From positions 1,182 to 65,181 of the forward strand of contig CAYNEM010000015.1 in the NCBI GenBank assembly GCA_964396265.1: a stretch of DNA of 64,000 bases, written 5' to 3'. The translations under genes were made by a program, and so were the position numbers. The notes under the pieces were generated by a model. It did not search any database, was not told the origin of the DNA, and saw nothing but the letters and a program-made list of their open reading frames with translations. This DNA is from an uncultured Methanomassiliicoccales archaeon (GTDB lineage Archaea; Thermoplasmatota; Thermoplasmata; RBG-16-68-12; EA-27). How positions within the stretch are numbered: position 1 is the first letter of the stretch; every line of letters begins with the position of its first letter. Below are positions 1-9,632 of this stretch, one piece after another.

Positions 1-2405
1 GTACCCATCCGAGGAGGCGCCCGGGAAGTTCCCCTGCCAGTAGTGATTGTAGTTCATGCGGATGCCGACGTACGTGCTCAAGTCGAACGTGCCCGTTTGG
101 ACGTTCGAGGTGCTGAAGTCGTTGTGGAACCAGTAGATGATCCCGCCGCGGCCCCCGAGGTTGGTGTCCTGCTGACAGCGCCATCCCGGCGGGGGCGACG
201 AGGACCAGCCCGGAGGCCATACCTGGCTGAAGAACGACCAGCTGCACTGCGACACGAGGTTGAAGTCGTTGAAGGAGAGCTGCGTTTGCGACTGAACCTC
301 AACCTTCAGGTGGTCGTCGTCTCGAACCTCGACCTTTTCCGGGAACGAGTCGACCGGCGTCGTCGTGGTCGGGTGGTCATCCTTGAAGATCTTCTTGATC
401 GGATCCATCTCGATGGGCATGGTCTTGAGCACCGGGTCCGACTGCCGCGAGCAGTAACGGATCGCGTTCGCGATCACGCGCGCGTAGTCGCCACCGATGC
501 TAATCGACGGGAAGTAATTCAGGCCGCAGGCCCGGCGACCGCCCGAGTCGAACTTGGTCGCACCGAACACGGTTCCGTCCGTCCAGTCCGCGATGCGCGT
601 CGCGCCCGATGTGACGCTAAAGAGCGGCTGGCGGTAGAACGCCGACACAGATGCGACCCCGTCAAGGAACGGGTGGCCCGGAACGTAGATCGCCCCGAGG
701 TTCGCGGTGAAGAACTGGACTCCGCCCCTCGGGAGCGGACTCTTCTCCGCCGCCCATCGGCCGCCGATACCAAACGTCGGGGTGCTGTGGAACCCGAAGG
801 CCATCATGACGATGCCGCCGCCTGTCGACCCGGCCGCGTCCATGAACTCCGCGAGCCGGTCGCCGACGGCGTTCGAGTTGGGGATCGCACCCCAGTTCGT
901 GCCGACGACGAGCAGATCGTATTGGGTCAGCTCGTCGAGCGTCGGAATCCGGTTCTGGCCGAGCGGGCCAAAGTCGAGGTCGTCGACCTTGATGCAGAAG
1001 TTCCCGCAGGCGTTCACGATGTTCGTACGGATGCCGGCAACGTCTCCCGTCCAGGAGTGCAGGATGAGCACACGCGCGCCGCCGCTGTACTTGGAGACGG
1101 ACTGCCACGGGCTCGTGGTCCCGTCGTGGAAGATCCAGCGGGTCTCCCAGGTGTCGTCCAGGCCCGGGTCGCTGAACTTCGCTATGAACCCGAGCTCGCT
1201 CCCCTCGAGTCCGGGGGAGGGGCTCGTGCCGACGTCGAACACGGTCGGCGCGACGTTGTTCACCTCAATCGCTGCCCGATCGGAGGTCGTGTCCGGAACG
1301 ACGAGAGTCTCCGTCCAGCGGAAGTCCATCATCAACGTGTACGAGGTGCTGAAGAACGTGCTCGGGAAGCAAAGGCCCGCCGAGAAGCAGTAGAACAAAC
1401 CCAACCACTGCACCTTGTCCGTGTCCGCCCTTGTGCTGACAAGACTGCCGTACTGCGTCGTCCTCTGCCCGATGATGTACTCCTGGCCGAGCACAAGGGT
1501 CACCGGGCTCGCCAACGTACACCAGTTCCACGAGAGTTGGATGTGCGTGGCCGTGCACTGACCAAGCAGGGTGCCCGCGGAATTCCAGATTCGCGATTCG
1601 AAGGACGTGTAGAAATAGTGGTAGTGCCCGAGCTGAGTCAGCTGGACGTTCGCCTTCGCCCGGAATCGGTTTGCGAAGGTAAAGGTACCGAATCCGATGA
1701 GGAACTGGATGGCACCCCAGGGGCCGTTCTCGCCCGTGTTGATCGTGATCGTCGTCGAGACGCCGTCCCAGCCCTGGACAACGAAATCGCCGTAGACGTT
1801 GTCGTAGAACGTCTTCGAGACGGTCGTCAGGGTCGTCCACTTCCCCATCAGGCCTCCGCCGGTCTGGTCGGGGAAGTCGAAGATGCCGTCGCCGTTGAAG
1901 TCGTAGCGCAGAAAGACGATCGTCGGGTCCTCAATCGAGACAGTGAACGTGAGGGTCTCTCCCTCCATCGTGTCCGGTCCGCCGTAGGGGCCGTTCGCAT
2001 CGATCTCGCCGCCGAGCCAGTGGCTCCGCGTGTCCATGTTCGTCACGGTGACCGTGCCGTCCTCGGATTCGAAGGTGAGGCTCATGTGCTCACGCATGTT
2101 GTCCCTCAGCTCCGTCTGGCTCACCGTTTCCACGGTCAGGCCGTCGGCCGACGTGATCTGGGCTTCTTCAGACCCAGAGATGGAGACGGGCCCGTCGGGA
2201 GTCGATAGGGCGACTTCCTCGGTCTCGCTCATGGCTTTCTGTTGTTCGTCGAAGGCCGACACCAACCGTCGGTCCTCCCCACGCGTCCCCTCATTCGGGG
2301 ATGCACCCACGACGCCAGGCCGCGCGTATGCGAAGCCCGCGAAGGCCCCGAGCATCAGTGCGACCACGATGCACAGGGCTCCTACCACCGTTCGCCAGTT
2401 TTTCA
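1..2405 (-). CDS. Large secreted protein of unknown function, truncated at the window edge. N-terminal signal peptide MKNWRTVVGALCIVVALMLGAFAGFAYA.
   Basis: My own translation of the minus strand from the ATG at 2403-2405 shows an uninterrupted frame to position 1. An AGGAGG Shine-Dalgarno sits 6 nt upstream. The product has a hydrophobic leader and is Gly/Thr/Trp-rich. It is absent from the ORF track because no stop lies in the window. Confidence 0.6.
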
Positions 2406-2623
2406 TCCGTTCCCCTCCTAAGGAGTCGGAAAGTCTACGGGTTACCCGAGAAAGCCAGCGCTCTTGCCGCTAGAGAAGGTTCTCATAATCCGTCCCCTGC
2501 TCCCGTGCTCAAACGCGTGCCCCCACGCAACCCCGGTGGTCATGAACCGGAGGCTATATAGTCTTAACGCACCGGCCCCGGCTCAATTCCGTCGGACTTC
2601 AATTCGGACTCTAAGGACGACCC

Positions 2624-2632
2624 CTTTTAAGG
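2624..2632 (+). promoter_or_regulatory. TATA-like element (CTTTTAAGG) about 35 nt upstream of the leuC ATG. A second TATATA element lies at 2548-2557.
   Basis: The AT-rich octamer stands out in a GC-rich intergenic region. Archaeal BRE/TATA boxes are typically at -26/-30. Confidence 0.3.
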
Positions 2633-2663
2633 CGGCAACGCATTTTGGAAGGAGAAGGGAACG

Positions 2664-3920
2664 ATGAGCCGCCAGACGATGTCCGAGAAGATCCTCGCCA
2701 GGGCGAGCGGGAAGGCCCATGTGGCCCCCGGCGACATCGTCGACGCGACGGTCGACCTCCTCTACATGCACGAGATGCTCGCGATGGCCCTGGGCCCGTT
2801 CCAGGAGATCGGGCTCACGAAGGTCTGGGATCCGACGAAGGTCGTCGTCACCCTCGACCACTGGGTGCCGCCGCCCAACGAGCAGATCGCGAGGATGCAC
2901 CAGCAAATCCGGGACTTCTGCAGGAAGCAGGGGATCGTCCGTTTCCACGACGTCGGAGACCATGGGATCATCCACCAGCTGGTCGCGGAGCGCGGGTATG
3001 CCCGACCGGGCATGCTCATCATCGGCAGCGACAGCCACACGAACATGGTCGGAGCGTGCGGGGCGTTCGCGGCGGGCGTCGGGGCCACGGACGTGGCGGC
3101 GGTGATGGCCACCGGGCGGGTGTGGCTCCGCGTGCCGGAGACGATGAAGGTGGCGGTCGACGGTCACCTCGGGAAGCGCGTCTACGCGAAGGACCTCATC
3201 CTGAAGGTCATCGCCACGACGGGGGACGACGGTGCGCAGTACCAGGCCGTCGAGTTCCACGGGCCGACCGTGGGCCGGATGCCGATGGACGAGCGCTTAG
3301 TATTATGTAACATGACCACGGAGATGGGGGCGAAGGTCGGCATGGTCGAAGCCGACGCCACGACAAAGGATTATCTGGCCCACACCCGCGAGCCGGTGTC
3401 CGAGTTTGGGCCGGATGAGGATGCGGCGTACGGGAAGACGGTCCCGTTCGACGTCGGCGGCATGGGCCCTCAGGTTGCGTGCCCATCGAACCCGGCGAAC
3501 GTGAAGCCCGTCGAGGACGTCGCGGGCATCAAGGTCGACGTCGCGTTCCTCGGCTCGTGCACGAACGCTCGCATCGAGGACCTGCGGCTGGCGGCGGAGA
3601 TCCTGAAAGGGGAGCGTGTCGCCCCCGGGGTGCGCCTGCAGGTGACGCCTGCGAGTCAGGCGATCTACCGCCAAGCGATCAAGGAGGGACTCATCGAGGT
3701 CTTCCTCGACGCCGGGGGGACGTTCACCCAGAGCACGTGCGGGCCGTGTTTCGGCGGCCACCTCGGCGTCTTGGCGGCGAACGAGGTGTGCATCTCGAGC
3801 ACGAACCGGAACTATCCCGGCCGGATGGGTAGCCCCCAGGCGCAGGTCTACCTCGCTTCCCCCGCCACTTTGGCGGCGACGGCGATTTACGGCGTGATCA
3901 CCGACCCTCGCGGGGTTTAG
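2664..3920 (+). CDS. leuC: 3-isopropylmalate dehydratase / homoaconitase large subunit (aconitase family).
   Basis: 418 aa. Aconitase-family motifs are present (GSDSHT, GSCTNAR, CGPCFG cluster ligands). GGAGAAGGG RBS upstream. Followed by leuD and leuB. Confidence 0.9.
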   Translation: MSRQTMSEKILARASGKAHVAPGDIVDATVDLLYMHEMLAMALGPFQEIGLTKVWDPTKVVVTLDHWVPPPNEQIARMHQQIRDFCRKQGIVRFHDVGDHGIIHQLVAERGYARPGMLIIGSDSHTNMVGACGAFAAGVGATDVAAVMATGRVWLRVPETMKVAVDGHLGKRVYAKDLILKVIATTGDDGAQYQAVEFHGPTVGRMPMDERLVLCNMTTEMGAKVGMVEADATTKDYLAHTREPVSEFGPDEDAAYGKTVPFDVGGMGPQVACPSNPANVKPVEDVAGIKVDVAFLGSCTNARIEDLRLAAEILKGERVAPGVRLQVTPASQAIYRQAIKEGLIEVFLDAGGTFTQSTCGPCFGGHLGVLAANEVCISSTNRNYPGRMGSPQAQVYLASPATLAATAIYGVITDPRGV

Positions 3921-4303
3921 GCGACGACACTCAATGCGAGCAGCGCATCGCTCTTCCGAAGGCTCCGGGCGTTCGGGTCGACTTCGAGCGCAAATCCTTC
4001 GAGGGTGTAGAGCCCCAGTACGTTGAAGTCCGAGGGTTCGGCGAACACGAGGAGGGTGTGACTCCGCTCTCCCAGGAGTTCGACCCATGCCTCGGCGACA
4101 GGCCTTTCTGGAAGATGGCCCTCCATGGTTCGGAACTTTCGTGTGGCCGTGGGAACGATGCCCAGCCGATGAGCCAAATCGCCAGGCACCCAGGTAAGGG
4201 AAGCACCCGTATCCACGAGGAGCTCGATGGTCTCGCTCCTCGACCTGTCCGGACTGAACACGGTGAGTCTCGCACGCACCTCTCCCATCGGCTCCGGGTT
4301 CAT
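3917..4303 (-). CDS. Retropepsin-like (clan AA) aspartic protease.
   Basis: 128 aa with LLVDTGASLTWVP, the canonical D-T/S-G-A aspartyl-protease active-site motif. It sits on the opposite strand between leuC and leuD. Confidence 0.65.
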   Translation of the reverse strand: MNPEPMGEVRARLTVFSPDRSRSETIELLVDTGASLTWVPGDLAHRLGIVPTATRKFRTMEGHLPERPVAEAWVELLGERSHTLLVFAEPSDFNVLGLYTLEGFALEVDPNARSLRKSDALLALSVVA

Positions 4304-4382
4304 CTCTTAGCTCATGGATGTTGCGACTACATGTACGTTGTCGCCAACAGCCTTATTCAGCGCCCCGACTTTGGCGGTCACG

Positions 4383-4892
4383 ATGCAGATGCGCTTCCGG
4401 GGCCGCGCGTGGTTGTTCGGCGAGGACATCTCCACCGACCACATCATCGCGGGCCGGTACCTCGGGACGACGGATCCGATGGTGTTCGCGGAACACTGCC
4501 TGGAAAACGTGGACCCGAACTTCGCGAAGCAAGCGAAACCGGGGGACCTCATCGTCGCCGGCCCGAATTTCGGCTGTGGTTCGAGCCGGGAGCAGGCGCC
4601 CCTCGCAATCAAGCACCTGGGGATCGCCGCCATCCTCGCGCCCTCGTTCGCGCGGATCTTCTTCCGCAACGCGATCAACATCGCCCTTCCCGTCCTCGAG
4701 TGCCCGGGGATCGAGAAGTCCGTGAGGGAGGGCGACGAAGTCGAAGTCGACATGGAACGCGGGGAGGTCCGGACGCCCTCCGAAGTCCTGAAGTTCAGGC
4801 CATTGCCGCCAAACGTCCTCGAGATCCTGCAGGCCGGCGGGCTCGTCCCGAAACTGAAGCGGGAATTGGCGGGAAGTCGAGCGAGTTCTTAA
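4383..4892 (+). CDS. leuD: 3-isopropylmalate dehydratase small subunit.
   Basis: LeuD/aconitase swivel-domain-like sequence ([30 protein letters not shown]). The start was chosen at the internal ATG at 4383; the ORF-track start at 4314 probably gives an N-terminal over-extension. Confidence 0.85.
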   Translation: MQMRFRGRAWLFGEDISTDHIIAGRYLGTTDPMVFAEHCLENVDPNFAKQAKPGDLIVAGPNFGCGSSREQAPLAIKHLGIAAILAPSFARIFFRNAINIALPVLECPGIEKSVREGDEVEVDMERGEVRTPSEVLKFRPLPPNVLEILQAGGLVPKLKRELAGSRASS

Positions 4893-4919
4893 GACGGAAA
4901 GGCCTCATCCGCCGCCAAG

Positions 4920-6035
4920 ATGACCTACAAGATCGTCCTCCTCGCGGGCGATGGCACAGGCCCCGAGGTCATGCGTGAGGGCTTGAGGGTCCTGAAGGCG
5001 GCACAGGACGCGCACGGCCTCTCTTTCGATCTCATCCCGTATCCGTGCGGGGGCCAGTACTACCTAGAGAACGGGGAGGAGTGGCCTGCCGAAGCGTTCG
5101 GGTCGTGCAAGTCCGCGGACGCGATCCTCCTCGGGGCCGTCGGCCACCCGGAAGCGCACCTCCCGAACGGAGACCTCGCAGGGGCGGGCGTGATCTTCGG
5201 CCTCCGGTTCGGGCTCGACCTGTACGCGAACGTACGCCCGGTGAAGTTGTACCCGGGCGTGCCGCACAAGATCCACGACGAGTTCAAGCAGGTCTGGAAG
5301 TCGGACCTCGTGGACTTCGTCGTCGTGCGCGAGAACACGGAGGGATTGTACACGCCCGCGCGGGGGACGTTGTCCCGCGGCGGGATCGACGAGTTGGCGG
5401 TGGACTCGCGCATCATCACGCGGAAGGGCGCGGAGCGCGTGATTCGTTTCTCGTTCGAGCTCGCGACTCACCGCGACGGCGCGCCGAAGGACCGGAAGCA
5501 CCGGGTGACGTGCGTGGACAAGTCGAACGTGACCGCGGGGGACCGTCTCTTTCGAAAGGTGTACGACGAGGTCGCCGCCAAGTACCCGCAGGTCGAGCGG
5601 GACTACGCGTACATCGATGCGTTCACGCAGTGGATCATCCGTTCGCCCGAGTTCTATGACGTGGCGGTCGCGCCGAACGAGTTCGGGGACATCGCGACGG
5701 ACTTGGCGGCGGTCCTGCAGGGCGGGATGGGTATCGCAGCGGGCGGGAACATCGGGGACGCGCACGGGATGTTCGAGCCGATCCATGGATCCGCGCCGAA
5801 GCACGCGGGCCAGGACAAGGTGAACCCGATCGCGATGATCCTGGCGGTGCAGATGATGTTCGAGTGGTTAGGGAACCGAAAGAAGGACCCGCACCTGCTC
5901 GAAGCCGCCAAGGGCGTGGAGGCCTCCGTCGCGTCCGTGCTCAAGGAGGGAAAGACGCTCACGTACGACCTGGGCGGCACCGCCAAGTGCAGCGAGGTCG
6001 GGACGGCGGTAGCGAGGATGGTCGCCTCTGCTTAG
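4920..6035 (+). CDS. leuB: 3-isopropylmalate dehydrogenase (isocitrate/isopropylmalate dehydrogenase family).
   Basis: 371 aa with typical IPMDH signatures (LLAGDGTGPEV, NLFGDI-like GDIATDLAA, GSAPKHAG). Confidence 0.9.
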   Translation: MTYKIVLLAGDGTGPEVMREGLRVLKAAQDAHGLSFDLIPYPCGGQYYLENGEEWPAEAFGSCKSADAILLGAVGHPEAHLPNGDLAGAGVIFGLRFGLDLYANVRPVKLYPGVPHKIHDEFKQVWKSDLVDFVVVRENTEGLYTPARGTLSRGGIDELAVDSRIITRKGAERVIRFSFELATHRDGAPKDRKHRVTCVDKSNVTAGDRLFRKVYDEVAAKYPQVERDYAYIDAFTQWIIRSPEFYDVAVAPNEFGDIATDLAAVLQGGMGIAAGGNIGDAHGMFEPIHGSAPKHAGQDKVNPIAMILAVQMMFEWLGNRKKDPHLLEAAKGVEASVASVLKEGKTLTYDLGGTAKCSEVGTAVARMVASA

Positions 6036-6060
6036 GTGAATCTGGATGTCGTTGGTCTCT

Positions 6061-6387
6061 TCAACTCGAGTCGAGGAAATGCTCTTCGGCGATCAGCATG
6101 ACCCTCAGTCCGCCCTCGACGCATTCCACCCGGAGCCGGCCAGCCGCCAGGGTCGCCGTTTTCCCGTCCGTGCCGAGGACTCCAACCATTTCGCTCACTG
6201 CGACCGCAATTCGCTCCGCGGTCGGGACTGCCACTTCCACTATCCCGTCCCGCACCTCCCCTCCGTCCAGGACCCGTCCTAACACCCGCCCCGTTCCCCA
6301 CACCCAACCGTTCCGCTCGAACGTCGCGGCGAAGGACGCGGCAATCTCCTCCACGTTCAGGGTGAGGGGCAACGCAACCGGATACAT
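6061..6387 (-). CDS. Small hypothetical protein, possibly roadblock/LC7-like fold.
   Basis: 108 aa with hydrophobic-core composition unlike the Arg-rich mirror ORFs. Weak resemblance to roadblock/MglB domain proteins. It has no stronger competing ORF. Confidence 0.3.
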   Translation of the reverse strand: MYPVALPLTLNVEEIAASFAATFERNGWVWGTGRVLGRVLDGGEVRDGIVEVAVPTAERIAVAVSEMVGVLGTDGKTATLAAGRLRVECVEGGLRVMLIAEEHFLDSS

Positions 6388-6594
6388 GAACGCCCGTGTT
6401 TCTGGTTTCGAAATCGTCGGTCATCGACGAGAGCGCGTTCCCAATCCGGTGTGCCAAGTCCTCGAAGCGGCCACTTCGGGCCGCCATCGTGATCCTTCCG
6501 CACGAGACCCCTGACCCGGACACGCCGCACGAGCGCGACTCGACCCTGTCCGATAGCGCGTTACGCGGCCGCCTTCCGTACGTTCTTGTCTCCG

Positions 6595-6873
6595 TCACCG
6601 GTCACGACGCAGTTCAGTCGGTCCGCCTGCCGTGCCGCATTGTTTCTCCCACTGGAGCGGACGCAGGTTCGACGGCTCGTCCCCTCCGCCTCGGGATACG
6701 GGCGAGATGTGGTCGACGTCCCATCCATAGATGGAGCCATGGTTCCCGTACTGGTCGCGAGCAATCCACGCCCCGCATTCGTCCTTGCGCCATCGCTCGG
6801 GGCCGTACCCCGGCTGAGGCTTCGCCTTCTCCCACACCTTCTGGACTACGGCATCGGAGAATGACAATTCCAT
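6595..6873 (-). CDS. Small stand-alone HNH endonuclease.
   Basis: 92 aa. It has the HNH motif (HH...N...H/W spacing) and a Gly-rich loop: CGAWIARDQYGNHGSIYGWDVDHISPVSRGGGDEPSNLRPLQWEKQ. AGGAGA SD directly upstream. It starts 10 nt after the upstream gene's stop. Confidence 0.8.
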   Translation of the reverse strand: MELSFSDAVVQKVWEKAKPQPGYGPERWRKDECGAWIARDQYGNHGSIYGWDVDHISPVSRGGGDEPSNLRPLQWEKQCGTAGGPTELRRDR

Positions 6874-6883
6874 CGTCTCCTGG

Positions 6884-7441
6884 CTAGCGCAGCCTACCCT
6901 TGCGCTTCAACTCCAAGCCTTGGTTCATCATCTTGAGGAGGATGTCGACGAAAGCGATCATCCGGAATGCCTCGTCCTTCGAGTACCCTTGATCGAAATC
7001 GTGGGCGATCGGGTTCCGGATCGCTTGGACCGCGCCGCGGTAGAGGAAGTAAACACCTTGCTTCTCTGCGGCGGTCCGTCCGAAGTTCAGCATCCCTGTC
7101 TCGGGATGAAACGCCTTGTCGATCAGGTCCGTCCCTGTGACATCCGGGTCCGCGAGCACCGTATGGCGGACCTTCGTCTCGAGCAGGATGTATGCGTTCC
7201 GCACCGCAGTGTCGAACTGGCCGGCGCGGACTGGCTCTAAACACGCGGTGACGAGGTCCGTCTCGAACCCATGCTCCTCGAGGAACGCTGTCGCGAACCC
7301 GAGGCGGGCCCATCGGAGGTGGTCGCATAGGGACCGCCCTCGTCGTGCCCGTCGCGCCGTTCCCGGACCTCCTCGCGCGGACGATGCCACTTGACAACCG
7401 CGGGTCGGGATCGTACACTGTGAGGCGCGCCGACTATCCAC
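6884..7441 (-). CDS. HEPN-like protein (TIGR02391/Ymh-like; R-x4-H motif in AIRNPIAHDFD).
   Basis: The C-terminal RNPIAH fits the HEPN R-x4-6-H RNase signature, followed by a helix. The true start is probably downstream of the ORF-track ATG, because the first ~35 codons are Arg-rich. It is the immediate upstream operon partner of the HNH gene. Confidence 0.5.
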   Translation of the reverse strand: MDSRRASQCTIPTRGCQVASSARGGPGTARRARRGRSLCDHLRWARLGFATAFLEEHGFETDLVTACLEPVRAGQFDTAVRNAYILLETKVRHTVLADPDVTGTDLIDKAFHPETGMLNFGRTAAEKQGVYFLYRGAVQAIRNPIAHDFDQGYSKDEAFRMIAFVDILLKMMNQGLELKRKGRLR

Positions 7442-7570
7442 TCGGCATCGTCGAGATCCCGACCGGGAGCGAGCCGGCCACGACGCCCGCGACCCTGCCG
7501 ATCATCGCCTCCTCCCGGAGCTCCGTCCACGTCACGGGGGACAACTACGTCGCGTTCCCGGACGGGTTCG

Positions 7571-8920
7571 TCATCTGGTTCTACGCGCAGTGAGGTCTCG
7601 AAGCTCCTCGTCGCACCGCGCAGCGAGGTCAGTGCTCCCGATTTCCGTGAATATCCGCCGCCCGGCCTCGAGCTCTGCCCGGGCCTCGTCCGCACGCCCA
7701 CGCCGCTTCAGCATCTGCCCGCGGTTGAAGCGCACGGAGGCTTCGATAAAGCGACCGTTCCCTTTCCGTGCCTCCTGCTCGGCACGATCGAAGGCCTCCT
7801 CCGCGTCCGTCCAACGACCGTACGCGGCGTACACGTTCCCGAGGTTCAGGTCGATGCCCCCGAGACCCGAGCGCTCGCCGAGATCCTCGAAGATCGTCCG
7901 GGCGCGGTGGAGGTACTGGTCTGCCTTCCGGAGCTGCCGCCGGTCGATAAGAGGCGCCGCCGCATTCGACATCGCGTACGCCTCCATCCGAATGTCCCCG
8001 ACGCGGCGTGCGACCTCGACCGCCTTCTCGAACCACGCGAGCGCGTCCGGCCGGTCCAGGCGGTAGCTCGCGCTCCCGCGGTTCACATACGTGCGGGGCA
8101 GGTCTTCCTCGGAGCCAAGGCGCTCGTATTCGGCCGCCGCCTCCTCGAGGAGGGGGATCGCGTCCGCAGACCGCCCCTGTCGTGCGTAGGCTCGCGCGGT
8201 CGCCTCCCTCGCCCGTGCCCGCCAGAGGGCGTCCCCGGAGCGCTCGGCGCGGGAGGCCACGGCGGCGAACCGTTCCAATGCCTGCGTCCATCGACTCTGA
8301 CGCGCGAGGCTTGAGCCAATCAGGTATTCCGCCTCGCAGGCCACGCTTGGGGCCTTCGCGGACGTCGCGAGTCTCAGCGCACGACGAAGCGCCTTCTCCG
8401 CCTCCTCTTGGACATCCCGCCGTTGCGCGATGCGGCCGAGCGCGAGCCACGCTTCCGCCTCGTGCCGGAGGTCCCCTGTCAGACGCGCGAGGCTGGCCAG
8501 GCGCGCTGCCGTGGCCTTCGCGGCGTCCCAACGGCCCCCGGCCGATTCGCGGTCCATCAGCAGCCGCAGGATCCGAATCCGACGGGGCGCCGTCTCGGCT
8601 CCACCCTCGCGCTCGAGACGCTCGTACTCCGCCGACAGCGCGTCGCGGGTGCCGGCGAGCAGGTCTGCGGTGCTCAGGAGGGTCCGGGCGAGGCGCTCGC
8701 CGTCGCGCGTCAGGCCGAGGTAGACGTACCTGCGGCCTCGGGTCCGCTCCTCTCGGTAGACGAAGCCGTGGCCTTCGAGTGTGTCGACTGCGGCGTAGAA
8801 CGCATCGTGGCTGACGCCGGTGTCCTTCTGGACCCGTGTCGTCGGGGTGTTTCCGTGCTCCAGCAGGTATAGGAGGATGTCTGGGGCGGCGATCGTTCGC
8901 AGGATGGACCCGAACGCCAC
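7571..8920 (-). CDS. Transcriptional regulator: N-terminal winged-helix DNA-binding domain followed by TPR repeats.
   Basis: 449 aa. The N-terminus (ILLYLLEHGNTPTTRVQKDTGVSHDAFYAAVDTLEGHGFVYREE) is ArsR/MarR-like wHTH. The remainder is Ala/Arg/Leu-rich with TPR-like A-x-x-Y/W periodicity. Confidence 0.65.
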   Translation of the reverse strand: MAFGSILRTIAAPDILLYLLEHGNTPTTRVQKDTGVSHDAFYAAVDTLEGHGFVYREERTRGRRYVYLGLTRDGERLARTLLSTADLLAGTRDALSAEYERLEREGGAETAPRRIRILRLLMDRESAGGRWDAAKATAARLASLARLTGDLRHEAEAWLALGRIAQRRDVQEEAEKALRRALRLATSAKAPSVACEAEYLIGSSLARQSRWTQALERFAAVASRAERSGDALWRARAREATARAYARQGRSADAIPLLEEAAAEYERLGSEEDLPRTYVNRGSASYRLDRPDALAWFEKAVEVARRVGDIRMEAYAMSNAAAPLIDRRQLRKADQYLHRARTIFEDLGERSGLGGIDLNLGNVYAAYGRWTDAEEAFDRAEQEARKGNGRFIEASVRFNRGQMLKRRGRADEARAELEAGRRIFTEIGSTDLAARCDEELRDLTARRTR

Positions 8921-8955
8921 AGCCCCGGAAGGGGAGTCCCATGGAAAAACGTGTC

Positions 8956-9004
8956 CGATTCCGATTTCCGGAAGTGATCGCCCGATTCCGAAAACCGGAA
9001 TCGG
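8956..9004. promoter_or_regulatory. Candidate operator: a direct repeat of CCGATTCCGA (8956-8965 and 8982-8991) plus a perfect 9-bp-arm palindrome, CCGATTCCG-AAAA-CGGAATCGG (8982-9004).
   Basis: Read directly in the 150-bp divergent intergenic region between the wHTH-TPR regulator and the secreted-protein operon. Confidence 0.4.
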
Positions 9005-9072
9005 GTACGGCTAAGTATAGGCCCTCGGATACCGCTCCCGCCGAAGCTGTCGACTTCGGGGAGGAAGAGAAC

Positions 9073-9546
9073 ATGAACAGAGGAGTGATGTGGATCGGTG
9101 TCATGCTCGTGAGTGTGCTCATGTTGCTGCCCCTGGCATCGGCGGCAACGGTGTTCGGAGCTTCCGCAAAAGGAGCCACCGACGCTGCCACTTGCGTCGC
9201 GGCCGGCCACTTCTTGATCGTCCCAATCGCATTGGGCGTGTCGAATGGCGATACCGTCGAGATATGGTGGAATACCACCCACTACGACAACCGGTCGGCG
9301 GGAAGCCGAACCGCCACGCACTCCTTCAGTGTGGTCGCCACTCACAACGGAGTCACCGTTGGGACATGGGGCAATTACACTTCTACAGGAGGTCTTCCGG
9401 GCGGAGGTGTGACAAACAACCTGTTACGAACCGTTTCTATAACGGATGATACGAAAACCATCGCCATCACGTGGTCAGCCAGCGTTACAATCACCCCTGG
9501 GTGTTCGGCCAGTACCTCGCTGAACCACACGATCCAGCTGTCCTAG
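9073..9546 (+). CDS. Small secreted protein of unknown function.
   Basis: 157 aa from the ATG at 9073, with GAGGAAGAG RBS. Signal peptide MNRGVMWIGVMLVSVLMLLPLASA. Thr/Gly-rich. Confidence 0.55.
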   Translation: MNRGVMWIGVMLVSVLMLLPLASAATVFGASAKGATDAATCVAAGHFLIVPIALGVSNGDTVEIWWNTTHYDNRSAGSRTATHSFSVVATHNGVTVGTWGNYTSTGGLPGGGVTNNLLRTVSITDDTKTIAITWSASVTITPGCSASTSLNHTIQLS

Positions 9547-9632
9547 TGGGTGGGCCACCCGAAAACTTTGTAACCGTACCTCTCCATGGAGGTCCGGAAT
9601 GGAAGGGGGTGGTGCGGTCGAATAAAGCCTGG

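Noticed and set aside
43-2208. 721-aa plus-strand ORF, extremely Arg/Val/Asp-rich; similar long R/P/G-rich ORFs at 7629-9278, 19744-21207, 33346-34674, 35914-37767, 56553-58718 (5' part) and 62321-63157
   Set aside because: These are mirror-frame artefacts of high-GC DNA. Each lies antisense to, or out of frame with, a gene carrying clear conserved motifs. They have no hydrophobic core and implausible composition.
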